Below, one piece after another: positions 27,528 through 37,383 of a DNA stretch of 64,000 bases (within the stretch, counting starts at the first letter, position 1; the number at the start of each line of letters is the position of its first letter). Below the pieces are notes generated by a model. That model had not been told where the DNA came from. It ran no database searches and saw nothing but the letters and a program-made list of their open reading frames with translations. The translations under genes and the position numbers were made by a program. Source of the DNA: an uncultured Paludibacter sp. (GTDB lineage: Bacteria > Bacteroidota > Bacteroidia > Bacteroidales > Paludibacteraceae); contig CALCBD010000018.1 in assembly GCA_937897985.1 (NCBI GenBank), positions 159,119-223,118 on the forward strand, written 5' to 3'.

Positions 27528-30500
27528 ATGAAAACCAGTTCACGTTTCGTAACTTCTTTCTTATTATTAATTTTTTCTGCAATTGTTTCGGCTCAGACTT
27601 ACCGGGAAATAAAGGGAAAAGTTATTGATAATAATGGTGAACCATTAATCGGGGTAAGTATTTTGAATAAGAGTTCAAAATCGGGCTCAATAACCGATAT
27701 AAATGGTAGTTTTTCAATCACTAACGTAAATAAAGGGGATGTTTTAAGTTTTTCCTATGTCGGATATACGCCGCAGGAACTAAAAGTAGTCGATTCAAAA
27801 GAAATTAAAATCATCTTACAGGATGAAAATCAAAAGCTTTCCGAATTGGTAGTGGTGGGTTATGGACAGAAGAAGAAAGTGACCATGACAGGTGCGGTTG
27901 TATCAATCAATACATCTGAGTTACTAAAATCGCCCTCACCCAATGTTGGAAATATCTTAGCCGGAAATCTGAGCGGTGTGTCTTCGGTTCAGTATTCCGG
28001 ACAGCCGGGAGCTGATAATCCTGACATATTTGTTCGTGGTATAGGGTCGTTGAGTACAGCCAATTCGAGCCCGCTTATTTTGGTGGATGGTGTCGAACGC
28101 AGCTTTTTCAACCTCGATCCCAATGAAATTGAAAGTGTTAGTGTGCTCAAAGATGCTTCGGCCACAGCAGTATTTGGTGTACGTGGAGCAAACGGAGTAA
28201 TTCTTGTCACTACCCGGCGTGGCGATGAAGGTAGTGCCAAAGTGAGTGCGACTTTTTCGTACGGCTTTCAAACTCCCACCCGTATGGTTCAGTTTGCTGA
28301 CGCCAACGAATGGGTTACCTATTACGAGGAAGCGTTGAAAAACGATGGCAGAGCTCCCGTATTCTCTGCCGAAGCAAAAGATGCTTTCCGCACCGGCAGT
28401 AATCCGCTTATTTATCCCAATGTGGATTGGATGGATATGTTGTTCAGAAAAACAGCACCGCAAAGCCAAACCAATATCAACATTAGCGGTGGTACAAAAC
28501 GTGTACGGTATTTTACTTCTTTAGGTTCATTGTTTCAGGACGGGATGTTCAAAAACTACGATACCCGTTATAACGGAAACTTTTATTTTAAACGTTATAA
28601 CTACCGTACCAATTTAGACATTGATTTTACATCCACCACCACGATGAAAATAAATCTTGGCGGACGCATTGAAATCAGAAATCAGCCAAGGGTGGACGAT
28701 CAGACACAGTTGTTTCGTTATATTTACTGGGCAACTCCTATAGCAGGTGCAGGCATTGTTGATGGCAAATGGATCACAAGAAACAGTCTGTACATCCCCG
28801 TTAATAGTGCGGATGGTTTAAGTTCCTATTACGGAAAAGGTTTTGACAATACTACCCGAAACGATTTAAATATCGATTTTGAATTAAAACAAAAGCTGGA
28901 TTTTGTTACAAAAGGCTTATCGCTGAAGGTGAAGGGAGCCTACAACAGTGTGTACAATCATGCCAAACAGCGCTCAAGTTCCATCGAAAGTTATACACCA
29001 TGGTATAAAAAGGATATCACATGGATAACCGGTACTCCTGCATCCGAAATGAACGATATAGTATTTGTGAAAAATGGTGATGAAGGAGTTCTTGCTTATG
29101 GCGAAAGCTTTTCGAAAGGACGGAACTGGTACAGCGAAGCGAGCATCGATTATGCACGTACTTTCGGCGACCACAATGTAACCGCATTGCTGCTTTATAA
29201 CCAGTCGCGTTCATATTATCCGGTTTCATATACCGAAATTCCCACAGGGTATGTCGGCCTGGTAGGACGTGTAACTTACGATTATAAAACACGTTATATG
29301 CTTGATATCAATATGGGTTATAACGGATCTGAAAATTTTCCAAACGATCCGAAACTCAGGTTTGGTTTGTTTCCTTCGATTTCGGGAGGCTGGATTTTGT
29401 CGGAAGAAAAATTCATGAAAAATCAGAAGTTGATAAGTTTCCTCAAACTAAGGGCTTCGTATGGTGTGGTGGGTAACGACAAGGCCAACGATAGTTACCG
29501 TTTTCTTTATCTGCCCGACACTTACCTTACTGGTGCCAACGGATATAATTTCGGCGTGAATGTTACTACCAAATTATCGGGTATTTCGGAAGGTAAAATA
29601 GGAAATCCGGTGATTACCTGGGAGACGTCGTATAAACAAAACTATGGTGTGGATGTGTCATTTTTAAAAAATAAATTGGCCCTTTCGGCCGACGTGTTTT
29701 TCGAACACCGTACCGGAATACTTGCAAGCAAAAAAAGAGATCCGGGATTTTTGGCTATGAATCTACCTGTTCTGAATTTAGGAATTGTTGATAACAAAGG
29801 TACTGAGTTTTCGCTGAAATGGCGTGACAAAATAGGCAAATTAGATTATTTTGTAAATCTGAATGCTTCTTATACGAAAAACATGATTGTATATCAGGAT
29901 GAAGTTTTATCACCTTATGATTATCAGTGGAGTACAGGAAAACCAGTCGGACAGCAATTTGGAAAAAAATTCATTGGATTTTATTACGAAGGAATGACTG
30001 ACAACGGAAAACCAATTGCAAAGCATGCAGGAACCCTGATGCCGGGCGATGCCGTTTACAGAGATATGAATGGTGATGGTGTAATCGATGCCAATGATGA
30101 TGCTGCAATGGGTTATCCTAATTATCCGGCATTGAACGGAGGATTGACATTAGGAGTCAATTACAGTGGATTTTCAATCAGTATGCTTTGGGTTGGTGCC
30201 ACCATGACATCCCGTTTACTCGAAGAAACATTCCGTGTGCCGTTTGGCTCTACTGAAAACCGGTCGTTGATGCAATCGCAATATGATAACCGGTGGACAC
30301 CCGAAACGGCAGCTACAGCTACACTCCCGCGTGCTTCGTTTGCTGCAAGAGCAAATAATTACGATTTTAATTCGGATTTGTGGCTCAAGGACGCCAGCTA
30401 TCTGCGATTGAAAACCATCGAAGTTTCGAAAACATTAAAATCACCCTATTTTAAAAAACTGGGAATTTCCCAGTTCCGCGTTTTCGGTAATGCGTATAAT

Positions 30501-30611
30501 GTGTTGACATTTGACTATCTGAAAATAGCCGACCCTGAAACACAAACAAGCAGTCGACCTACTTATCCCACAATGCGTATTATGAATCTTGGTTTAAATG
30601 TTTCGTTTTAA
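27528..30611 (+). CDS. susC: SusC/RagA-family TonB-dependent outer-membrane transporter (pair 1)
   Basis: 1027 aa with a signal peptide, a carboxypeptidase-regulatory-like N-terminal domain (GKVIDNNGEPLIGVSILNK...), TonB box/plug LSELVVVGYGQKKK, and a barrel ending ...MNLGLNVSF. Confidence 0.95.
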   Translation: MKTSSRFVTSFLLLIFSAIVSAQTYREIKGKVIDNNGEPLIGVSILNKSSKSGSITDINGSFSITNVNKGDVLSFSYVGYTPQELKVVDSKEIKIILQDENQKLSELVVVGYGQKKKVTMTGAVVSINTSELLKSPSPNVGNILAGNLSGVSSVQYSGQPGADNPDIFVRGIGSLSTANSSPLILVDGVERSFFNLDPNEIESVSVLKDASATAVFGVRGANGVILVTTRRGDEGSAKVSATFSYGFQTPTRMVQFADANEWVTYYEEALKNDGRAPVFSAEAKDAFRTGSNPLIYPNVDWMDMLFRKTAPQSQTNINISGGTKRVRYFTSLGSLFQDGMFKNYDTRYNGNFYFKRYNYRTNLDIDFTSTTTMKINLGGRIEIRNQPRVDDQTQLFRYIYWATPIAGAGIVDGKWITRNSLYIPVNSADGLSSYYGKGFDNTTRNDLNIDFELKQKLDFVTKGLSLKVKGAYNSVYNHAKQRSSSIESYTPWYKKDITWITGTPASEMNDIVFVKNGDEGVLAYGESFSKGRNWYSEASIDYARTFGDHNVTALLLYNQSRSYYPVSYTEIPTGYVGLVGRVTYDYKTRYMLDINMGYNGSENFPNDPKLRFGLFPSISGGWILSEEKFMKNQKLISFLKLRASYGVVGNDKANDSYRFLYLPDTYLTGANGYNFGVNVTTKLSGISEGKIGNPVITWETSYKQNYGVDVSFLKNKLALSADVFFEHRTGILASKKRDPGFLAMNLPVLNLGIVDNKGTEFSLKWRDKIGKLDYFVNLNASYTKNMIVYQDEVLSPYDYQWSTGKPVGQQFGKKFIGFYYEGMTDNGKPIAKHAGTLMPGDAVYRDMNGDGVIDANDDAAMGYPNYPALNGGLTLGVNYSGFSISMLWVGATMTSRLLEETFRVPFGSTENRSLMQSQYDNRWTPETAATATLPRASFAARANNYDFNSDLWLKDASYLRLKTIEVSKTLKSPYFKKLGISQFRVFGNAYNVLTFDYLKIADPETQTSSRPTYPTMRIMNLGLNVSF

Positions 30612-30623
30612 TCTTTAATTGAT

Positions 30624-32501
30624 ATGGATATGAAAAAATTAAATAAATTACTGATTGGTATCTTTATTACTGCTATAATAGCTTCCTGTACCGATGATTT
30701 TAAATTCGGGAACAATTTTCTTGACAAAATGCCGGGTGAAGACATTACTATCGATACGGTGTTTTCGAAAGCCGAATTTGCACAACAATTTTTGTGGAAC
30801 AGTTATTCTACCTTGTTTTATGGCTTGAACTGGGATTGGACCGACCGTGGAAATGCCATGAACATGGGTTTGCCCGAATCACTTACCGATAATTTTCAAA
30901 GTTATCTCACCTGGGATAATGTTAATAAAATGTATTATACCGGAAAATACAATGCTTCGGAGGAAAGTAATCAAACTGTTTATAATTACACACTTGAGGG
31001 CAGTTGGGTTGGAATCCGGAGTGCATATATATTTATCGAAAATATTGACAGGGTGCCGGACATGGATGAGGCTACCAAAGCACGTCTCAAGGGCGAAGCA
31101 AAAATGATTATTGCCTGTCATTATGCCGATATGTACCGTCATTTCGGTGGTTTGCCATTGGTTAAAAAAGCATTTACCACACAGGACGATTTACAAATTC
31201 CACGGGCCACAGCCATGGAAACGCTCAAATTCATTACCAACCTTTGTGACGAAGCTCTTGCTGTTTTACCATGGAAATTACCTGCCGAAGACGTGGCAAA
31301 ATGGGACGGTCGTTTCACCGGAGGAGCTGCTCTGGGGTTAAAAATCAGAATGTTACTTTTTGCAGCAAGTCCACTGTTTAACGATGATGTTCCGTATTAC
31401 ACTGCAAAAAAATATGAGTCGATTGATAAATTCCATGTTTGGTTCGGTCGTAAAGATCCCGGCATGTGGAATGATGTTGTCACTGCCTGTGAGCAGTTTA
31501 TGCAGCTTAATTCTCAGGATCCTCAGGGAGGATATATGCTGGTGTCAGGCGATTATCGCATGGCTTTCAGACAATCGTACTTTGCACGTGGCAATTCCGA
31601 AATGCTGATTTCAACCCGTATCCGGTACAATGTTCCCGACTACTGGAATGCAAATTATTACTGTTTACAGTCACTGGGCTCGTATGGTGCCGTAACACCG
31701 ACCCTCGAATACAGCAATTTATTCCCAATGGCCGATGGTACACCTTTCGACAAAACAATATGGGACAAAGATACGCTTGCAATTGCAAAAATTAATGCTC
31801 CCGGCGATACTGTATTTCTTGATCCGTTTGCTAACAGAGATCCCCGTCTATACGAAACCTGTTTGGTGAATAATGCTGATTATCAGGGTCGAAAAGCTGA
31901 GTTGTGGATGAGTGGACGTGAACGTGGCAATCAGCTCGAAGCAGGTGCTGCAGCTACGGGTATAGGCTTATATAAATTTATTCTGGATAAAACAACTGCC
32001 ACTTCGATAGGTGCTCCGGCACAATGGCCCTACCTTCGACTGGCCGAAATCTACCTGAGTTATGCTGAAGCTCTTAACGAAGCCGGTCGTACAAATGATG
32101 CTTTTTTCTGGGCCGATCAGGTACGTGCCAGAGTGGGTCTTAAAGGCCTGAAAGATTCATACACCAATAAAGTATGGACCAAAGAAGCCTTCAGGGAAGA
32201 AATTCTGAATGAGCGATCGCGGGAGTTCGGACTTGAAAATGTACGGTTGTTTGATTTGAAGAGATGGAAACGGGAGGACGATTTCAGAAAACGGTTGTCC
32301 GGTGTTCGCATAAAACGAATCTATCGCAATGGTGCGGTTGTGCCTAACCGATATTCTTATACCAAATTTACTCTATTCAAACGTGCCATTCAGGATGGCG
32401 AAGGTGGTGTGAAAAACTTTGATCCTAAATGGTATATGGCAGCATTTCCGATAGCTGAGATTTATAAGGATTACGGGTTAACTCAAAATCCGGGCTGGTA
32501 A
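30624..32501 (+). CDS. susD: SusD/RagB-family lipoprotein (pair 1)
   Basis: Lipobox ...AIIASCTDD. SusD C-terminal signature WPYLRLAEIYLSYAEALNE...REFGLENVRLFDLKRW...NPGW. Confidence 0.95.
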   Translation: MDMKKLNKLLIGIFITAIIASCTDDFKFGNNFLDKMPGEDITIDTVFSKAEFAQQFLWNSYSTLFYGLNWDWTDRGNAMNMGLPESLTDNFQSYLTWDNVNKMYYTGKYNASEESNQTVYNYTLEGSWVGIRSAYIFIENIDRVPDMDEATKARLKGEAKMIIACHYADMYRHFGGLPLVKKAFTTQDDLQIPRATAMETLKFITNLCDEALAVLPWKLPAEDVAKWDGRFTGGAALGLKIRMLLFAASPLFNDDVPYYTAKKYESIDKFHVWFGRKDPGMWNDVVTACEQFMQLNSQDPQGGYMLVSGDYRMAFRQSYFARGNSEMLISTRIRYNVPDYWNANYYCLQSLGSYGAVTPTLEYSNLFPMADGTPFDKTIWDKDTLAIAKINAPGDTVFLDPFANRDPRLYETCLVNNADYQGRKAELWMSGRERGNQLEAGAAATGIGLYKFILDKTTATSIGAPAQWPYLRLAEIYLSYAEALNEAGRTNDAFFWADQVRARVGLKGLKDSYTNKVWTKEAFREEILNERSREFGLENVRLFDLKRWKREDDFRKRLSGVRIKRIYRNGAVVPNRYSYTKFTLFKRAIQDGEGGVKNFDPKWYMAAFPIAEIYKDYGLTQNPGW

Positions 32502-32531
32502 ATATTGTTAATAAATTAAATTCAAAATATT

Positions 32532-35330
32532 ATGAATAAAAAATATATTTTACCCCGTTTTGCAGCAGCCTTCTTACTTTTATTTGCAGGCTGTTTATCG
32601 GCACAGGAGCTAAGTTCTGAAAAACAGGATGAAATAGTGGAACAGGGCAACCGGATCACCCAATCCAAAAATGAATCGACCGCTTCGACTTCGGTGATTA
32701 CATCAGGCGAAATCATGAAAAGTTCGGCACTGAATACATCAAACAGCCTTTATGGTCTTGGTTTGGGTTTAACGTCACTGCAAAATGACGGACTCGAATT
32801 TCAGGTGAATACAACTTTTACTATTCGCGGAACAGGTAGTTTTTACAACAATAACCCGCTTGTACTTGTGGATGGTTTCGAACGACCGTTAAATACGATA
32901 ACAAAGGAAGAAATTGAATCCATTACCATTTTAAAAGATGCTGCTTCACTGGCTTTATATGGTTTCAGAGGTTCAAACGGTGTCATACTCGTAAAAACCA
33001 GGACAGGCGTTATCGGAAAGACGAAAATTGAGGTTTCGTACGACCAGGCTTTTTTGCAAATGCGTAGAAAACCTCAGTTTGCAGATGCTCAGACGTATGC
33101 AAAAGCTGTCAATGAGGCACTTACAAACGATGGAATAAGCACTCTTCGTTATACTGCCAACGAAATTGAAGCATTCAAATCGGGGAAATTTCCGGATTAT
33201 TATCCTAACGTTGACTGGATGAACGAAGTTTTGAAGGACAATGCCATTTCAAATATTTACAATATTGGAATCAGCGGAGGAACTAAAGTGGTACGATACA
33301 ATACAGTTATCAATCTGCAAAACCACGACAGTTATATGAAGCCGGAAAATATTGTATCTTCATTTTCTTCACAAAACAAGTATTCGAAACTCAATATCCG
33401 GACAAATTTAGATGTTCAACTCAGCAAAACCACCAATTTTAGTGTAAAGTTGCTCGGTTTAATTTCCGAAACCAACCGGCCGGGTACTCAGATTACCGAT
33501 ATTATGCCCCGATTGTTTAATACACCGGCAGCAGCATTTCCCGTTAAAACATCGGGTGCCGAATGGGGTGGGAGCGATACCTGGACCAATAACCCGGTGG
33601 CAATGATTGCAGCCCGTGGTTATGGCAAATCCAATGCCCGTACCTTATTGGCTGACTGGACTCTTTCGCAGGATTTATCGGATCTTGTTAAAGGATTAAC
33701 AGCTGAGCTGAGCGTGGGTTTCGACAATTCAGCTGATTATTGGGAGTCAATGTCGCAAACCTATCGTTATCAGAAAAATACAGCTCAAATTAGCGCCGAC
33801 GGTACTTCATTAAGCAATCAGCTTGCTACACTTGTAGGGACTAATTCCAGCCCTAATTACTCAAGTTCGCTCGGAAGTCAGTGGCGTAGTTTCGGAGCTT
33901 TCGGGAAGTTACAATACGAAAGAAAATGGAAAACAATGAGCATGAATTCCCAATTAATGTTTATGCATGATCAGTACATCGGAAACGGACAATTCTCAAC
34001 CAGTAACCGTGAACGCATTAGTGCTTATACGCATTTGGGTTTCCGGAATCGCTACTTTATCGATTTATCCCTTACTGCACAGGGTACAAACCGCCTCGAG
34101 CCCGGAAATAATACCGGCCTTTTCCCCGCAGTCAGTTCGGCATGGTTGCTTTCCGGTGAACCGTTTCTGAAGGATATTGAAGCCATCAATTATTTAAAAA
34201 TCAGGGCTTCGTACGGAATTGCCGGCAACGATTATACAACTTCAAACGAATTGTTTAAACAGACTTACGGCACAGGTGGTTCGTATTTCTTTACCGATAA
34301 TTATACATCCACTGCAGGTATGTCGGAATTACGACTCGCGACTGCTGGCCTGACTTATGAAAAATCACATAAAAGCAATGTTGGTATCGAAGGAAGGTTC
34401 CTGAATTTAATCAGCTTAACTGCCGAAGCATTTTACGACAGACGTACTGATATTTTAGTGAGTACCTCAGGAACAGTTTCGGGTGTTTTGGGTGCAACTG
34501 CTTCTATGTCGAACGATGGAATTATTGACAACAAAGGCATTGAAATAGGATTAAGTGTAAATAACGAACAGGGTGATTTCAAATACAATATCGGAGCCGG
34601 ATTTACCTATACCAGAAGTAATATTGTGAATAGAAATGAAGGATTTGTACCTTACGATTATCTGAAACAAACCGGAAAACCGGTCAATCAGCTTTTCGGA
34701 TACGAAGCCATCGGCTATTTTAAAGATGCCGCTGATATTCAGGCAAGTCCCGCACAATTATTATCAACCGTTATGCCGGGCGATATCAAATTTAAAGATC
34801 AGAACGGTGATAACCGAATCAACGAGATGGATAAAATTGCTTTGGGATACAATACTGTTTGTCCTGAAATGTATTTTTCGGCAAATATAAGCCTCGAATA
34901 TAAAGGAGTCGGAATAGATGCAAATTTTCAGGGTGTGGGTAATTACAGTGCAGTACTCAATACAGCAAGTTTGTTCTGGCCTTTACGAAACAACAACAAT
35001 ATTTCGGAATATTACTACGAAAACAGGTGGACACCCGACCATCAGGATGCACTTTTCCCCCGCCTGACAACGCTACAGAATGATAACAACTTCAATGTGA
35101 ACTCCCTGTGGCTGCGCGACAGGTCGTATCTGAAATTACGTACCTGTGAAATATTTTATAAGCTTCCGAAAAGCATGATTGAAGGCACTTTTATTTCGAA
35201 GGCAAAAATTTATTTAAGAGGTATGAATCTGTTCTCCATTGATAATCTGAAAATTGTCGATCCTGAAGCTTCCGGAACCGTGTTACCACTATCGGCTTCA
35301 ATGCACATTGGAGTAAATCTTATATTTTAA
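32532..35330 (+). CDS. susC: SusC-family TonB-dependent transporter (pair 2) lacking the N-terminal carboxypeptidase-regulatory-like domain
   Basis: 932 aa. The signal peptide runs straight into the plug (DEIVEQGNRITQSKNESTASTSVITSGEI...PLVLVDGFERP...ILKDAASLALYGFRGSNGVILVKT). Barrel ends ...MHIGVNLIF. Confidence 0.9.
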   Translation: MNKKYILPRFAAAFLLLFAGCLSAQELSSEKQDEIVEQGNRITQSKNESTASTSVITSGEIMKSSALNTSNSLYGLGLGLTSLQNDGLEFQVNTTFTIRGTGSFYNNNPLVLVDGFERPLNTITKEEIESITILKDAASLALYGFRGSNGVILVKTRTGVIGKTKIEVSYDQAFLQMRRKPQFADAQTYAKAVNEALTNDGISTLRYTANEIEAFKSGKFPDYYPNVDWMNEVLKDNAISNIYNIGISGGTKVVRYNTVINLQNHDSYMKPENIVSSFSSQNKYSKLNIRTNLDVQLSKTTNFSVKLLGLISETNRPGTQITDIMPRLFNTPAAAFPVKTSGAEWGGSDTWTNNPVAMIAARGYGKSNARTLLADWTLSQDLSDLVKGLTAELSVGFDNSADYWESMSQTYRYQKNTAQISADGTSLSNQLATLVGTNSSPNYSSSLGSQWRSFGAFGKLQYERKWKTMSMNSQLMFMHDQYIGNGQFSTSNRERISAYTHLGFRNRYFIDLSLTAQGTNRLEPGNNTGLFPAVSSAWLLSGEPFLKDIEAINYLKIRASYGIAGNDYTTSNELFKQTYGTGGSYFFTDNYTSTAGMSELRLATAGLTYEKSHKSNVGIEGRFLNLISLTAEAFYDRRTDILVSTSGTVSGVLGATASMSNDGIIDNKGIEIGLSVNNEQGDFKYNIGAGFTYTRSNIVNRNEGFVPYDYLKQTGKPVNQLFGYEAIGYFKDAADIQASPAQLLSTVMPGDIKFKDQNGDNRINEMDKIALGYNTVCPEMYFSANISLEYKGVGIDANFQGVGNYSAVLNTASLFWPLRNNNNISEYYYENRWTPDHQDALFPRLTTLQNDNNFNVNSLWLRDRSYLKLRTCEIFYKLPKSMIEGTFISKAKIYLRGMNLFSIDNLKIVDPEASGTVLPLSASMHIGVNLIF

Positions 35331-35345
35331 AATGTAAAATCAACC

Positions 35346-37049
35346 ATGAAATTCAATGATATGAAAACAAAAATATTTTTACTGTTGTGCTTGATTTTGA
35401 CTGTCAGCTCCTGTACCGATTTTTTGACCTATGATGAGACATCATCATATTCCGAAGATCAGGTTTTTACGGTATATTCCCGTGCTACACAAATGGCAAC
35501 TAATATTTACTCCTATCTGGAATCCGATTTCGGAAATGTGAACGATGCAATGCGTGCCTGTGGTACCGATGAGGCTGAATATGTTTGGCCGGCTTCGAAT
35601 GTACACACATTTTACAACGGAACCTGGAGTGCTATCAACACGGTGGATGATAAATGGGCTTTTTACTATAAGGGAATCAGAGCCGCAAATTTGTTTCTCG
35701 AAAAAGGTGCCGGTCAGACTTTTGAAGAAAACAAGTACCAGTCGGGCTATGATAAGGCTATGCTTAAATACAACAATCTACAATACGAAGTACGTTTTTT
35801 ACGGGCATATTTCTATTTCGAATTGCTGAAACGTTATGGTGGTGTACCTTTGATTACCAAAGTACTTACTCCGGACGAAGCAAATCAGGTCACAAGGGAA
35901 AGTTATGATAAAATTTCTCAGTTTATTGTCGACGAATGTACCGAAGTGGCGAAATATCTTCCCAAAGCTTATGATGCAACCTACGATCTGGAAACCGGAC
36001 GCGTGACACGTGCTACAGCTTTGGCTTTGAAATCCAGATGTTTACTTTATGCCGCAAGTAAACTGCATAACCCTGCAAACGACACACAAAAATGGGTGGA
36101 TGCAGCCAAAGCTTCCAAAGAAATTATCGATTCAGCCCTTGTTTACAAAATTAATCAGCTGATTGGTTATGATAAGATACCGAATAATATTGCCCTGACC
36201 GAACTGATTTTTGCCCGTCGCGAAGCTAATTCAGGTACTTTTGAAGCTTTGAATTATCCGATAGGTTTCGAAGGTGGAAAATCGGGAACCTGTCCGACAC
36301 AAAATCTGGTGGATGCGTATGAAATTAAAAAGTCGGGTTCACCGCTGGATGGTACCTACTTTAACTGGAACGATCCGGCTCAGGTAGCCAATCCTTATGT
36401 CAGCCGGGATCCCCGTCTGGGATATACGGTGGTGCTGAATAATACACTCTGGGCTTATGATGAACGTGTGGAAGCCTGGACCGGAGGCAATAGCGGTTCA
36501 CCAAAAACAGGTGCCACCCCGACAGGATATTATCTGAAAAAGTATGTGGATAAAAATGTAAGTTTCAAACCGTCGGGTGTTAATAATTCACGTCATGTAT
36601 GGGTGATTTTCCGGTATGCCGAAATTCTGTTAAACTATGCCGAAGCATTGAATGAAGCTTTCCCCACCCCGAATTATAAGGACGCTACCTTTACACTTTC
36701 GGCTGTGGAAGCTATAAATCTGGTTCGTAAAAGAACCGGTGTGGCACTTGTTGCTATACCCGCTACCATCAATAAAGACGATTTCAGAGTAAAAGTACGC
36801 AATGAGCGCCGCGTTGAACTTGCCTTCGAAGATCATCGCTTCTGGGATATCCGACGCTGGATGATTGGTCCCGAAACTGTTGCTATCAAACGTACACGCA
36901 TCGAAAAGGACCCGGTTTCAGGTGTATTTACTTATTCTACTTACACTACTAACGACAGAATCTGGCAGGACAAAATGTATTATTATCCGATTCCGCTTAC
37001 CGAAATTTATAAAAACGGGAATTTGACCCAAAACCCCGGTTGGGAGTAA
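35346..37049 (+). CDS. susD: SusD/RagB-family lipoprotein (pair 2)
   Basis: Lipobox LILTVSSCTDF (an alternative start is Met 35361). FRYAEILLNYAEALNE...RVELAFEDHRFWDIRRW...NPGWE. Confidence 0.95.
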   Translation: MKFNDMKTKIFLLLCLILTVSSCTDFLTYDETSSYSEDQVFTVYSRATQMATNIYSYLESDFGNVNDAMRACGTDEAEYVWPASNVHTFYNGTWSAINTVDDKWAFYYKGIRAANLFLEKGAGQTFEENKYQSGYDKAMLKYNNLQYEVRFLRAYFYFELLKRYGGVPLITKVLTPDEANQVTRESYDKISQFIVDECTEVAKYLPKAYDATYDLETGRVTRATALALKSRCLLYAASKLHNPANDTQKWVDAAKASKEIIDSALVYKINQLIGYDKIPNNIALTELIFARREANSGTFEALNYPIGFEGGKSGTCPTQNLVDAYEIKKSGSPLDGTYFNWNDPAQVANPYVSRDPRLGYTVVLNNTLWAYDERVEAWTGGNSGSPKTGATPTGYYLKKYVDKNVSFKPSGVNNSRHVWVIFRYAEILLNYAEALNEAFPTPNYKDATFTLSAVEAINLVRKRTGVALVAIPATINKDDFRVKVRNERRVELAFEDHRFWDIRRWMIGPETVAIKRTRIEKDPVSGVFTYSTYTTNDRIWQDKMYYYPIPLTEIYKNGNLTQNPGWE

Positions 37050-37070
37050 GAAATGAATTAAAAAAGGAGT

Positions 37071-37239
37071 TGTATCAAAAGATTATTCTGAACGCAAATT
37101 ATTCAAATTTACACAAATTTCAGACTCCTGATGTTGGTATTTTGCAGATATACAGATAATTATTATATCCGGAAGTTTGCGATAGTTTGCGAACCAACAG
37201 TCAGTGCATCTGAATTTGCGTTCATGTTGTTTTGATACA
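37071..37239. repeat. Nested inverted-repeat element (copy B of the CGCAAA-rich family); long hairpin, terminator or possible invertible segment
   Basis: Outer IR TGTATCAAAA (37071..37080) / TTTTGATACA (37230..37239). Inner 12-bp IR TGAACGCAAATT (37089..37100) / AATTTGCGTTCA (37213..37224) encloses 112 bp. TTTGCG occurs three times inside or at the right arm. A T8 run follows at about 37253. Confidence 0.55.
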
Positions 37240-37383
37240 CGCTCTTTTTTTTAGTATTGGTCAAATATTCAACTTTTTTGTGCCTGTAGTAAACCTTTTT
37301 TCTTTGAATTGATTGTTTATTTGCAGTAAAAATTTTTCTGATTTTAATTTATCTCAAAATCTAACAAAATTAAAATTTATATT

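Noticed and set aside
27487-27531. 14-codon upstream ORF (MEKRYDNFKYINIV) whose TGA overlaps the susC ATG
   Set aside because: It is very short and AT-rich, with no conservation evidence available. Such ORFs arise by chance in AT-rich leaders.
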